Shown here: one piece after another, positions 26,957 to 37,026 of the stretch | Position numbering within the stretch: position 1 is the first letter of the stretch | How the letters are laid out: every line of letters begins with the position of its first letter | Origin: Acidobacteriota bacterium | GTDB taxonomy: Bacteria > Acidobacteriota > UBA6911 > RPQK01 > CBDEGM01 | Length of the DNA: 64,000 bases | Assembly: GCA_965237715.1 (NCBI GenBank) | Contig: CBDEGM010000002.1 | Span: 67,234 to 131,233 of the forward strand | Direction of reading: 5' to 3' | Position numbers and translations under genes: made by a program | The notes under the pieces: generated by a model | Told to the model about the DNA's origin: nothing | The model's input: the letters and a program-made list of their open reading frames with translations, nothing else | Database searches by the model: none

Positions 26957-28391
26957 GGAGGCTGCCCCAAACTCAGTTGAAAGTGAAGGGCGGTTCAGGT
27001 TGAGCACGATCTTAAGCCACCTTTCGTTTGGCGTCCATAGAAACCTCGTCTCTGAGTTTGGCTTTCAGCATCCAGAGGTCCTGGTAGCCCTGGATGCGCC
27101 GGAAGTTCTTCTCCGTCTCCAGGAAGGCTGAGGCGGCCCAGCGCAGCACCATCTGGCTATCTTTCCAGCGGCTCACTCGGCGGGTCCGCATCCTCACGCC
27201 AGAGTGAGGGCTTTCAATCAGGTTGGTGCTGGCCAGACACAAGCGCAGGGAGGAAGACAACTCGAGTCGATTGATGGTGAAGGTCTCTTCCAGACCTTCT
27301 CGCAGGCTAGCTGCCGCATCGGGATGCAGCCCTTCGAGCCACTCCGCCTGCTTTCTGAGCCGAACCCTCCCTTCTTCCCAGGGCAGCCGATAAGCAGCCT
27401 GCATCACTGACTTGACTTGCTCGGCCAGATCGTCCGGCAATCGATCGCACACGTTGCGAATCTTATGACGACGACATCTCTGCACCGGACTGCCCTTGCC
27501 AAAGACCTTGTCAATGGCACATCGCAGGGCCCTGGAGCCGTCAATCACAAACAGATAGCGTCGCCCGGAATCCAGGCCTCGCTCCACCAGGTCTTCCAGC
27601 AAGGAGGTAGCGGTGGCGGCGTTTTCACTGGCCCCTTCCCGCAGCCCCAGCACGTGCTTTTGGCCCTCCGAGTCCACGCCGGCGGCACAGATCACGTGGT
27701 GCTCGCCAAAGACCAGGCCGTCGATGTAGATGATCAGAAACTCAACGTCATCAAAGTGTCGCTCGGCCAGCTGCTCCAGCTGCTGGCCGCTCTGCTCAAT
27801 GAACTGACGGCTCACGGACGATTTGCTGACTCCCGCCGTGTCGGCCATCTGGGGGATCACGCGGCTGTAGTGGCGCGTGGAAACGTTGCACATCAAGATC
27901 TCCAGCATGCGGCTGCCCAGCTCCCCGTTACGGTTGATCGCCTCATAGGCGGGGATCTCCACCTCCCCGCCTCGACCTTGGCCTTTCTTGCGCAGCCGTG
28001 GCTTTCGAATCCGCACTTGCCGCTCCGAAAGTCTGACTCGCCCTGGCTGAGTGCCGTACCAAACAATCTGCTTGCCTGGGCGCCCTTGTTGCTTTTCGCC
28101 GGCGACACTTCGGGCAGAAAGCTGCAAGACCGCTTCCATGCTCGCTCGCCCCAGGATGTCGATCAACTCGTCAATGGCCATCCGGGAGGCTTCGATCAGC
28201 TCCACCATCGGGAGCAACAGTTGCCCGTTCTGGGCCAGATAATCAGCCAGCCCCTGACTGTTCTTCCGGGTGACAATTCGATATGATTTCTTCATGGCGG
28301 TTCCTCCTTAAAAGGTTGTTGACCAACCCGATTCCAACGAGTCGGTCGGACGAACCGCCTCTCAACTTTCAACTAAACCCGGGACAGTCTC
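26957..28391 (-). mobile_element. IS256-family copy 3 (1435 bp) without a target-site duplication
   Basis: Identical termini, but the flanking 8-mers differ (gggcttgc vs tggtaggg). One side is a truncated MITE and the other is a truncated DUF1800 gene. Confidence 0.85.
27012..28295 (-). CDS. IS256-family transposase (copy 3)
   Basis: 427 aa with a few substitutions relative to copies 1 and 2. Confidence 0.85.
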   Translation of the reverse strand: MKKSYRIVTRKNSQGLADYLAQNGQLLLPMVELIEASRMAIDELIDILGRASMEAVLQLSARSVAGEKQQGRPGKQIVWYGTQPGRVRLSERQVRIRKPRLRKKGQGRGGEVEIPAYEAINRNGELGSRMLEILMCNVSTRHYSRVIPQMADTAGVSKSSVSRQFIEQSGQQLEQLAERHFDDVEFLIIYIDGLVFGEHHVICAAGVDSEGQKHVLGLREGASENAATATSLLEDLVERGLDSGRRYLFVIDGSRALRCAIDKVFGKGSPVQRCRRHKIRNVCDRLPDDLAEQVKSVMQAAYRLPWEEGRVRLRKQAEWLEGLHPDAAASLREGLEETFTINRLELSSSLRLCLASTNLIESPHSGVRMRTRRVSRWKDSQMVLRWAASAFLETEKNFRRIQGYQDLWMLKAKLRDEVSMDAKRKVA

Positions 28392-29252
28392 TGGTAGGGT
28401 GCGTCGACGCCCACGGTATGAAGCTCCAGCAGCTCCCTGGCGTAGTTCTCGTTGAGACCTTTGGCTCGGAAAAGTGCCGGTGTGGGACCGAAGATTCCAG
28501 CCATCATCCGATGTCGATCTTCCCGATTCATGGAGCGGCGCCGGCCAGCTCGGTGTCTCGGCGCCTTTTCCTTCATCCGCTGCCGGATGACTGCCTCAGG
28601 CGCCGAGCTTAGCCAATTGTCAAGGTAGTAGAGCATGGCGGGACTCCTGGCGACGGAGACGAGGAGATCCTCGAATCTACCCAGCGCGTTGGGACGAACG
28701 ACCTCTTCTTCAAACTGGGTAGTGAGAAATCGATCCCACTGCTTCGGCATGAAGACATTGAAGTGGTTCATCCAGAAGTCCACCATCATTTCAAACAATT
28801 GATGCTGGCTATGCACGGCCCGGATCAGCTTCGCCTGAGTGAGCTCGAGCTGGATCTGGCGCTGGCGCCGCCGCATGTCCGCCATCTCCATCCGGGCCTC
28901 TTCCCGCACCTTCTCATCCTCCGACCGGCGTTTCTCGCGCAAACGCCGATCGAACCGAGGCGGTGAAAATGTGTCCACCAGTTCCTTCGGAGTCATCTTT
29001 AAAGTTGAGGTTGGCGAGTCGCGCCACGCCAGAGGGGTCCCTACCCGAGGGCTCCAGCTGCTCTTCCAGGAAGGTCCTCCACCCCATCGCTTTGACCCTT
29101 TCCAGGTCTCCGGGGCGCGCACCGAAAGTAATTCGGCTCAGCAGGTGAAGCACCTTCTGATCTTCCGACAAAGCCTCATCACGGCTGGATGCTAAAGACA
29201 GCGAACTGTCCAGGGAGAATAAAGTGAGGAAACAAAGTGCGATGGCTCTCAT
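28392..29252 (-). pseudogene. DUF1800-family protein gene, frameshifted near 28914-29122 and truncated at its 3' end by IS256 copy 3
   Basis: The N-terminal ORF (signal peptide + LSRITFGARPGDLERVKAMGWRTFLEEQL) and the body ORF (DFWMNHFNV, MLYYLDNWLS, LNENYARELLELHTVGV) are in different frames. The coding sequence stops at the IS boundary, whereas family members are typically about 450-500 aa. Confidence 0.55.
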
Positions 29253-29565
29253 CCCGACCTCCGGTTCTAAGAAGCGAGCCCCAGGTGGGGAAAGCGGATG
29301 CCCGTTGGGGCTTACTTTTCCCTCCCTGAAACTATTTGATCATACGCCCCCTTCATAGGTTCAATACGAAGCGTATTTCCATCTGTTTCAGACCGCGGAT
29401 GACGCGGATGGAGAGAGTCAGACGATACCCAGAGACCTGTGAGACACAGATCGGCTCCTTGACCCTTCTTTTTTCTGCACGATAGAATCTGGTACTTATT
29501 GCCAAAGTTCGACTTATGGAGCTGCGCTTTCTCCTTTTCGTCACAAGAACCCATGAATAGAAACG

Positions 29566-30681
29566 ATGACATCTACAGTCTCGACGAGTAATCAGCATCT
29601 TGAAGACAAAGTGCGCTCTGCAAGGGAACAACTGGAAACCCATGTACGGGAGATCATAGAGTGGCACTTCAACCCGCGGACCGGATGCCCTTTCTGGCTC
29701 CAATGGGCCGATAAGGCGGGCTGGGACCCACGTGCTGAGATCAAGGGCTTCCACGATCTGGCAAAGTTCGGCCACTTTGAGGACGAGTGGCTGCGCGGAG
29801 GACCGGTTCGGCGCTGGGTACCCAAGGCATACGCCGATCGTCCCATCTACGTTTTCGAAACGGGGGGAACCACAGGCGTTCCCAAATCACGGGTCAACAT
29901 CGAAGACTTCCGGATTGACTACGAAATCTTCTCCGAAACCCTGCCCGACGAATATTTCCCCAAAGGAGCCAACTGGCTAATGCTGGGCCCTTCGGGGCCG
30001 CGCCGCTTGCGTCTGGCGGTCGAGCACCTGGCCCAGTATCGAGGTGGCATCTGCTTCTGCGTCGACCTGGATCCCCGCTGGGTCATCACGCTCATGAAAA
30101 AAGGATCGATGGATCAGCTCAAAGCCTACCAGCAGCACGTGATCCACCAGGCGGTCACGATCCTGACGGCCGGGCACGACATCCGATGCCTGTTCACCAC
30201 ACCCAAGCTTCTGCAGGCACTGGCCCATCATCTGGAAACCCAGGAATCGAGCATCCGGCAGACGGGCATCACGGGGATCTTCTCCGGCGGCACCGAGTTT
30301 ACGCCCCAATGGCACCGTTTTGCTGTGGAGGAGCTGCTTGACGGCGTCTACATGACACCCACCTACGGCAACACGCTTATGGGCCTGGCGGCCTCCAAGC
30401 CGTTTGACCCCGCGGACCAGTACAAGATCACCTACCATGCTCCTCAGCCTCGGGCTGTGTTGGAAGTGGTGTCCTTCGACGACACGGGAAAAGCAGTGGA
30501 CTATGGCCAGACGGGCCGCGTGATGCTGACGACGCTCACCAAAGAGTTTTTCATGCCACGTTTTCTGGAGCGCGACGAGGGAGAGCGCGAGCCGCCCTGC
30601 GCGGCCTACCCATGGCCCGGAGTCAGCGGCGTTCGCCCCTACCATGAGTTCGCATCGACAACAATCGTAGGAGTATATTGA
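29566..30681 (+). CDS. Adenylate-forming acyl-protein synthetase, LuxE/PaaK-like
   Basis: 371 aa. The phosphate-binding motif is FETGGTTGVPKS, and the length and architecture are LuxE-like. It is paired with a LuxC-like reductase 82 nt downstream. Confidence 0.45.
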   Translation: MTSTVSTSNQHLEDKVRSAREQLETHVREIIEWHFNPRTGCPFWLQWADKAGWDPRAEIKGFHDLAKFGHFEDEWLRGGPVRRWVPKAYADRPIYVFETGGTTGVPKSRVNIEDFRIDYEIFSETLPDEYFPKGANWLMLGPSGPRRLRLAVEHLAQYRGGICFCVDLDPRWVITLMKKGSMDQLKAYQQHVIHQAVTILTAGHDIRCLFTTPKLLQALAHHLETQESSIRQTGITGIFSGGTEFTPQWHRFAVEELLDGVYMTPTYGNTLMGLAASKPFDPADQYKITYHAPQPRAVLEVVSFDDTGKAVDYGQTGRVMLTTLTKEFFMPRFLERDEGEREPPCAAYPWPGVSGVRPYHEFASTTIVGVY

Positions 30682-30762
30682 GACCGTTTTTTCGCGGCCT
30701 GAGGCCGCTCCTACGTTCTCATTCCGTGAGAACCAGAAGGTAGGAGCCGCCTCAGGCGGCGA

Positions 30763-32214
30763 ATGAGGGGTAAAATCATTTATATGATTCATTTTCCTAT
30801 TCTTCGCTGGGGAGAACCTTACAAGAGTCTGGAGGTGGAGCGGGTAGTCCACCTGGTCACGGGAGAACTGTTGGCCGAGGTGAGCCAGGCCAACTCCGGG
30901 TTGATCCAGCGGGACATGCGTCAGGCTCAACGAGCACGGGACATCTTGCGCGAGATCCCCTGCAGTGAGCTGCTCCACATGGTGAAAAAGGCGGCGCAGT
31001 CGTTCACGAAGGACGAACTTCCCGCCGGGGACGGCACCCAAACGCCAGATCAGTTCGTCAGCTACCAGTCGGCCACGACGGGGCTACCTGAGCACATGTG
31101 CCGCAAGAACATGGAGAAACTCCACTACGTACTCACGAACCTGGACAGGATTCTCGCCTCGCTTACCAGAGGGCTCGATCTAGAGATACTGACCGCAGGC
31201 CGCGGTGAAGAAAACGGCGTGATGCGCAGCTTCCAGGCCCACGCACCCGTGCTGGGCATGGTGCTGCCCTCCAATTCCCCGGGGGTACATGGTCTGTGGC
31301 TGCCGGTGATTCCCCTGCAGATCGGACTGGTCCTCAAGCCGGGCCCTCAGGAGCCATGGACCCCCTACCGGATGACCCAGGCGTTTTTCCAGTGTGGGGT
31401 GCCGCCTCAGGCCATGGCTCTGTATCCCGGATCGGGCGAGGTGGGAGCGGCCGTTCTCGAACACTGTCCCCTGAACCTGATTTTTGGCGGCACCCAGACG
31501 GTCGAGCAGTACCGAGGCAACCCCTCTGTTCAGGTGCACGGTCCGGGGTTCAGCAAGATCCTGTTGGGCGATGATCAGGCGGACGATTGGGAACAATATC
31601 TGGATCTGATGGTAGAGAGCGTGCTCATGAACAGCGGCCGAAGCTGCATCAACTGCTCGAGTATCTGGATTTCCCGAAACGCCCGGGAAATCGCCGAGGC
31701 CCTGGCTCAGCGTCTGGGCCCAATCGTTCCCACGCCCCTGGAAGATCCTGAGGCCAAACTGGCGGCCTTCAGCGTCCCGGCGCAAGCTGAAGCCATCCAT
31801 GCCGCTATCGAAGAAGGCCTCCGGGAACCTGGAGTGATCGACATCACAGCCCCGCATCGCGACGGTGCTTCGCTGCTCTCCCAGCAGCGCTGTGCCTATT
31901 TGCACCCCCGCGTCATCCTGTGCGATTCGCCTGAGCGAACGTTGGCCAATGTCGAATACATGTTTCCTTTTGTGAGCGTCGTCGAGTGCCCGCAGCAGAA
32001 GATGCTGAATTCAATTGGCTCCACCCTGGTAGCCACCGGAATCACGCAAGACCCGGACTTTCAGGCTCAGATTCTGGATTGTACTGAGATTGACCGATTG
32101 AATCTGGGACCGATTCCTACCACGCAGCTCAACTGGCTGCAGCCTCATGAAGGCAATCTGGTGGACTTCCTGTTTCGGGCCCGAGCCTTCCAGGCGCGGG
32201 GATCACGCGGATGA
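30763..32214 (+). CDS. Aldehyde-dehydrogenase-superfamily acyl-CoA/acyl-protein reductase, LuxC-like
   Basis: 483 aa with an ALDH-like catalytic Cys context (NSGRSCINCS) and a length matching LuxC (about 480 aa). Confidence 0.45.
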   Translation: MRGKIIYMIHFPILRWGEPYKSLEVERVVHLVTGELLAEVSQANSGLIQRDMRQAQRARDILREIPCSELLHMVKKAAQSFTKDELPAGDGTQTPDQFVSYQSATTGLPEHMCRKNMEKLHYVLTNLDRILASLTRGLDLEILTAGRGEENGVMRSFQAHAPVLGMVLPSNSPGVHGLWLPVIPLQIGLVLKPGPQEPWTPYRMTQAFFQCGVPPQAMALYPGSGEVGAAVLEHCPLNLIFGGTQTVEQYRGNPSVQVHGPGFSKILLGDDQADDWEQYLDLMVESVLMNSGRSCINCSSIWISRNAREIAEALAQRLGPIVPTPLEDPEAKLAAFSVPAQAEAIHAAIEEGLREPGVIDITAPHRDGASLLSQQRCAYLHPRVILCDSPERTLANVEYMFPFVSVVECPQQKMLNSIGSTLVATGITQDPDFQAQILDCTEIDRLNLGPIPTTQLNWLQPHEGNLVDFLFRARAFQARGSRG

Positions 32215-32276
32215 GAACGGATTGACGCGGATCATCATCCGTGAATATCCGCGATGATCCGCGTTATCCGCGGTTT

Positions 32277-33317
32277 TTACTCCCCCACCTGCAAAGCTGA
32301 ATATTGATAGCTCCAGATGGTTACCACTGCGTAGAGCAGCAATAAAAACAGCCCAAAAGAGCGCTTGAAGGTCTGGTGTGAGAAAAAGATCCCCAGGCGG
32401 AAGGTAACCAGCAGGGAAAGCATAGCGGGAAACAGAAGAGTAAAAAAGATAGGCCCCGCCTGCAGTCCTCCCGGAGTGACCGAGGCCGCAGCCCCCGCCA
32501 CGAAGAGGACATTCAGAATGTCGGCACCGATGACGTTGCCTAGCGCCAAATCACCGTGTTGTCGCCGCACAGCCGTGATTGCGGTCACCAGCTCTGGAAG
32601 AGAGGTTCCGAACGCCACCAGCGTGGCGGCGATGACGCTGGCGGGAACGCCGAAACGCTGTGCGGTCTCGGTAGCGGCAGCAATCAGGAAATGGGAAGAA
32701 ACCACCACCAGAATCACGGCTCCGACAAGCTTCGACAGGATCAAGGGGAGTGACACATCGGGCACGCCTTCCAGCTCTTCCACGGCGGAACGATCCTGCT
32801 CTCGCCTGACCCACACAATGGATTGGCGAAGGTAAACCCCAAGGAGGACCAGGAAGACGATCCCCATCAGTTGAGAGAGGCGCCCACCCTCACGGAACAA
32901 TTCACCTGACGCGAACCACGGGAAGCAGGCCAGAACGAGCAGAACTCCGCTTCCCAGCTGGATCCAGCCCTGCCGGCTCAGGATTTTCTGCTGCAGTGGA
33001 AGCCGTCCCAGCAGAGAACTCAATCCCAGAATCAAGCCCGTGTCACAGATCACCGACCCCACTGCATTGCCGAGAGCCAGTCCCGGATTTCCACGTAGGG
33101 CAGCAAGAACCGAAACCGCCGCCTCGGGGGTGGTGGTTCCGAGGCTGACCACGGTGGCTCCTACGATGACTTTGGGAAGGCCGGACTTCCTGGAGAGCAC
33201 AACAGCCGCCCGCACCAGCCAGTCTGCGCTCTTCCCCAGCACAGCGATGCTGGCCACTAAAAGCAGGAAAAGCCATGGCGTGCTCAGCTGGGGTATCAGC
33301 CCGTCCAGTTGTCCCAT
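32277..33317 (-). CDS. Na+/Ca2+ exchanger family membrane protein (CaCA, YrbG-like)
   Basis: 346 aa with two alpha-repeat motifs, GNAVGSVICDTGLILG and GNVIGADILNVLFVAG. Confidence 0.8.
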   Translation of the reverse strand: MGQLDGLIPQLSTPWLFLLLVASIAVLGKSADWLVRAAVVLSRKSGLPKVIVGATVVSLGTTTPEAAVSVLAALRGNPGLALGNAVGSVICDTGLILGLSSLLGRLPLQQKILSRQGWIQLGSGVLLVLACFPWFASGELFREGGRLSQLMGIVFLVLLGVYLRQSIVWVRREQDRSAVEELEGVPDVSLPLILSKLVGAVILVVVSSHFLIAAATETAQRFGVPASVIAATLVAFGTSLPELVTAITAVRRQHGDLALGNVIGADILNVLFVAGAAASVTPGGLQAGPIFFTLLFPAMLSLLVTFRLGIFFSHQTFKRSFGLFLLLLYAVVTIWSYQYSALQVGE

Positions 33318-33434
33318 CGCCGTAAAGCGTATACTCTTACCTATCGAAAGTCAGGCCCGAAAAAAGAGATGGCCTGGACACGCAGATCTTGGTGATGGGT
33401 CTTTCGGGATGGTAAAATTTTCTGGTGAGATCTT

Positions 33435-34010
33435 ATGAGAAGGAGGAACGGGATGATGCGTAAACTTGCTCAACCTGCCGCGATTCTCGGAGTGATCGTA
33501 GGCATTCTGGCAACGGTCATGGTTTTGGGCCAAACCGATCAACCGACCGGCGCAGCAGCAGCAGCGAAAGTAGGAGTCGTAAATTTCGAGGCGATACTTC
33601 AACAGAGTGCGGAAGGAGAGCGTGAGATGACACGGGCTAGCCAGGTCCTGCAGGAGAGACAGAAAGAAGACGAGAAGAGGACGAACGACCTGCAGGGACT
33701 TCGTGAGCGCTACAACATCCAGGCTCGCACCCTCAACCGCGAAAGCCTCGCCGAGATGCAAAATCAGATGACCCAGGCGGAATTGAGTTTGAAGCGATTT
33801 CGGGAAGATACTCAATATCAGGGACAGCAACTTCAGACGGAGATTTTTAATAAGGTCGGGAGCAAGGTGCAGGGCATTGTCAACGAGTATGGTCAAAAGA
33901 ATGGATACGGACTCGTCTTACGGCTGGATCCTGCAACGCAAGTTTACGTCAGTCACGCCCTGGACATCACTCAGGAGATCCTCAAGATCTATAATGAAAA
34001 GTATCCTTAG
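33435..34010 (+). CDS. OmpH/Skp-family periplasmic chaperone
   Basis: 191 aa with a signal/TM N-terminus, VGVVNFEAILQQS, and a long coiled-coil region typical of Skp. Confidence 0.7.
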   Translation: MRRRNGMMRKLAQPAAILGVIVGILATVMVLGQTDQPTGAAAAAKVGVVNFEAILQQSAEGEREMTRASQVLQERQKEDEKRTNDLQGLRERYNIQARTLNRESLAEMQNQMTQAELSLKRFREDTQYQGQQLQTEIFNKVGSKVQGIVNEYGQKNGYGLVLRLDPATQVYVSHALDITQEILKIYNEKYP

Positions 34011-34184
34011 CCCGGATTATTCATAAAGTGTCTGCTGCATCGGCGAACCCACCCCGCCGCTTCGCGGCACCCCTCCGGAGGAGGGGACTACCCTGCGATG
34101 CGTTGCGCTGCCTCGATCCGGATAGGGAACGTTCACGGAAAGGGCGCACAGCCGTGCACCCTTGTACAGGCACGCAGCATCAGG

Positions 34185-35312
34185 ATGACCATTAACAGCA
34201 GCCACAAGGTGTACCGCGCTGCTCTGATCGGCTGCGGGTCGATGGGAAGCTATGTGATGGATGAGGTGGGAGGTGTAACGGGCCGTATGATGCTTCCCAT
34301 CGGTCATGCGGAGATCCTCAAGACTCACCTCCGGACGGAGCTGGTGGCAGGAGCAGATCCGCACCAGGACCGCCTTCAAGACTTTGCCCGCCGCTGGGAG
34401 ATTCCTCGCGCCTATGCGGACCACAGAGAGATGCTGGAACGGGAGCAGCCTGAAATCGTGAGTATTGCCAGCCCTCCCACCCTGCACACGGAACACGTGA
34501 TCGACTGCGCCCAGCGCGGAGTCAAGGGCATCTTCTGTGAAAAACCATTGGCCCCGACGCTGCAGGAGGCGGACAGCATGATTGGCGCCTGCGAGGCTCG
34601 GGGTGCACGACTCTCGGTCAATCACACCCGACGAGGCGACCCTTACGTCCACCAGGTTCGTCGCCTGATGGAGGAGGGGGCGATTGGTAATGTTCTGACC
34701 ATTACCGCCACCTGGGCCGGCCGACTCTTTCTCTCCGGGACCCACTCCTATGACCTGGTCAACTACTTCCTCGGTGACCTCCCCACCGACTGGCTTATCG
34801 GTCATGTAGAGCAATCGAGCTCGCAGATGACGGTCGTTCCCACACAGCGAGGGCTCGACGTAGGCGGGACCGCTTACGCGGTCTATCAGAACGGAGTACG
34901 AGTTTTCTTCAATGGCCGAGATGGCCACGCCTGCTTCAATATTCTTATCAATGGGACAGAGGGCATAATTGACCTCACTGGCAATGAGGCCCAGCTCTGG
35001 AAGAGAAACGAGAACACCGGTCGCGAGCTGCTCAAGCATCCTTTCCCGCAGATGATGCGCTACACAGCGCCTATGGTCTACCTGCTGGACGATTTGATCG
35101 AGGCAATGGAAACGGAACGGGACCCCATGTCCAACGGCCGCACCGCCCGCCATGCCGTGGAGCAGATTCTGGCGACTCACTACTCCTCGCAGCATGACAA
35201 CTGCAAGGTGCATTTTCCGATGAAAAACCTCGACCTGCGCGCCCCATTTGAGTGGTTTGGCGAAGGGGGCCGTGCCATCAACCAGGCCCCCAGTCCACAG
35301 TCCCGCGATTGA
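34185..35312 (+). CDS. Gfo/Idh/MocA-family NAD(P)-dependent oxidoreductase
   Basis: Rossmann motif ALIGCGSMGS and EKP motif GIFCEKPLA. The start is at MTINSS; the track ORF begins upstream at 34098. Confidence 0.75.
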   Translation: MTINSSHKVYRAALIGCGSMGSYVMDEVGGVTGRMMLPIGHAEILKTHLRTELVAGADPHQDRLQDFARRWEIPRAYADHREMLEREQPEIVSIASPPTLHTEHVIDCAQRGVKGIFCEKPLAPTLQEADSMIGACEARGARLSVNHTRRGDPYVHQVRRLMEEGAIGNVLTITATWAGRLFLSGTHSYDLVNYFLGDLPTDWLIGHVEQSSSQMTVVPTQRGLDVGGTAYAVYQNGVRVFFNGRDGHACFNILINGTEGIIDLTGNEAQLWKRNENTGRELLKHPFPQMMRYTAPMVYLLDDLIEAMETERDPMSNGRTARHAVEQILATHYSSQHDNCKVHFPMKNLDLRAPFEWFGEGGRAINQAPSPQSRD

Positions 35313-35322
35313 AACAGAGGAA

Positions 35323-36945
35323 ATGAAAAGGCCTCTTTCCATCGCTCTTTTGACTCTCCTGTCGCTGCTTGCGGCTTCGTGCAGTACACTCCCTTCAGGG
35401 GACAATCCAAGAACCGAAGAAGCTGGGTCCTTCGGAAAGCAGCAGAAGACACTGCGCTTCGTTTGGGGTGGCGACATCACGCCCATTTGGCATCCGGCCG
35501 GGTATCAAACCTTCAGTCAGGCCACCATTTTTTACCTCATCTTCAATAACCTGGTGCAGTTGGATGAGGACGTGAAAACAATCCTTCCCGACCTGGCCGA
35601 GAGCTGGGAAATGTCACCTGACGGGAAGGTGTTTACCTTTACCCTTCGCAAGGATGTCCGGTGGCACGATGGCACGCCTTTTACAGCCAGGGACGTCATC
35701 TTCTCCTTCAGCCGCCAACTGCTTGAGCCCTACCGGTATGTCAAATACATGGGCTTGGTCGAGGGCGCCCAGGACTACCAGGATGGAAAAACAAGCAGGC
35801 CGAAAGGACTCGAGCCGCTCGACGACTACACCGTTCGCGTCACCCTCACCGCCCCAAACGCGATCTTTCTCATGCTGCTGACCGAGCCCAGCTGCATGAT
35901 CGTTCCCGAGCATCTACTGGAGGATATCAAGCCAGACGGAATCGAGTCCTCCCGATTTGCAACGAGCTCACCCATCGGAACGGGGCCGTACAAGTTTGTT
36001 CGCTACCTGACGGATCAGCTCGTGGAGCTGGACGTGAATCCAGACTACTTTAAGGGCAGGCCACAGATCGACAAGGTCTTCATGAAGCGCCTCAGGCCGG
36101 AGGTATCCCTGGCTCAGCTGGAAAGTGGCGAGGTGGATCTGGCCTTGCGCCTGAATCCAATCGCCTTTGAGCGGCTCTCGATGGTGGAGAATCTGAACCT
36201 CTTCTCTCCTCCGGGAATCGGCATCCACACCCTCAACTTCGCAACCGAAAAGCCGCGCGTCCACGACAAGCGCGTGCGCCAGGCCATCTACTATGCGCTT
36301 GACCGCCAGGGGATGGTCAACGCCATACTCCAGGGCCGTGGCCGAGTGCTCAGGGGTGCTCCCCCCGCCATGGATCATTACGAGGATCTCAATCCCTATT
36401 CCTACAACCCGGAAAAGGCAAGACGGCTGCTTCAGGAAGCGGGTTTTGACTTCGATCGACCCTTTCGGATCATGTACGACCAGACCATGCCCGGCTCCGC
36501 ACTGGTTTATCCAGTTATCGGCCAACAACTGCGGCAGATCGGCATCGACGTGCAGCTCGACGCAGTGGATTCGACGGCCTTCATCTCTCGCATCTACCAG
36601 GAGCGTGACAGCTACGATGCAACTGGAGGCTTTGGTGGAGCTCAGGGGCTAGGCCCGTATATGACCGCTACCTACTACAACTGCAAGAGACCGGGATGGC
36701 AAACCGGCTATCTGAACTGCGAATTTGACGCACTCTTCCTGCGAGCCAGTGCCACTGTCGATCTACAGGAACGCGATGAGATCTACCATCAAGCGGCACT
36801 CATTTTCAACGAAGACCTGCCCACACTTCCCCTCTGGACTCCTAACGATCTGCACGCGGCAGTGAAGAGGCTGGGGGGAGGTTTTACCATTTATCGAGAT
36901 GCCCGACGCTCCTTTACGAATATCGAAACCTGGACACTGGATTAG
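35323..36945 (+). CDS. ABC transporter substrate-binding lipoprotein, family 5 (peptide/nickel)
   Basis: Lipoprotein signal MKRPLSIALLTLLSLLAASCS and an SBP_bac_5 architecture. Confidence 0.8.
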   Translation: MKRPLSIALLTLLSLLAASCSTLPSGDNPRTEEAGSFGKQQKTLRFVWGGDITPIWHPAGYQTFSQATIFYLIFNNLVQLDEDVKTILPDLAESWEMSPDGKVFTFTLRKDVRWHDGTPFTARDVIFSFSRQLLEPYRYVKYMGLVEGAQDYQDGKTSRPKGLEPLDDYTVRVTLTAPNAIFLMLLTEPSCMIVPEHLLEDIKPDGIESSRFATSSPIGTGPYKFVRYLTDQLVELDVNPDYFKGRPQIDKVFMKRLRPEVSLAQLESGEVDLALRLNPIAFERLSMVENLNLFSPPGIGIHTLNFATEKPRVHDKRVRQAIYYALDRQGMVNAILQGRGRVLRGAPPAMDHYEDLNPYSYNPEKARRLLQEAGFDFDRPFRIMYDQTMPGSALVYPVIGQQLRQIGIDVQLDAVDSTAFISRIYQERDSYDATGGFGGAQGLGPYMTATYYNCKRPGWQTGYLNCEFDALFLRASATVDLQERDEIYHQAALIFNEDLPTLPLWTPNDLHAAVKRLGGGFTIYRDARRSFTNIETWTLD

Positions 36946-37026
36946 CCGCCGTCCCGGCGCTTCGAATTTACCCCCATTCATCCCCTCAATGAGGTAAGCT
37001 TTCATTTTTTCGGGAGTAGTCATTCC

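Noticed and set aside
34017-35486. 489-aa minus-strand ORF
   Set aside because: It is fully antisense to the Gfo/Idh/MocA oxidoreductase and the substrate-binding protein start. The composition is Arg/Ala/Gly-rich and no motifs are present. It is a GC-driven artefact.
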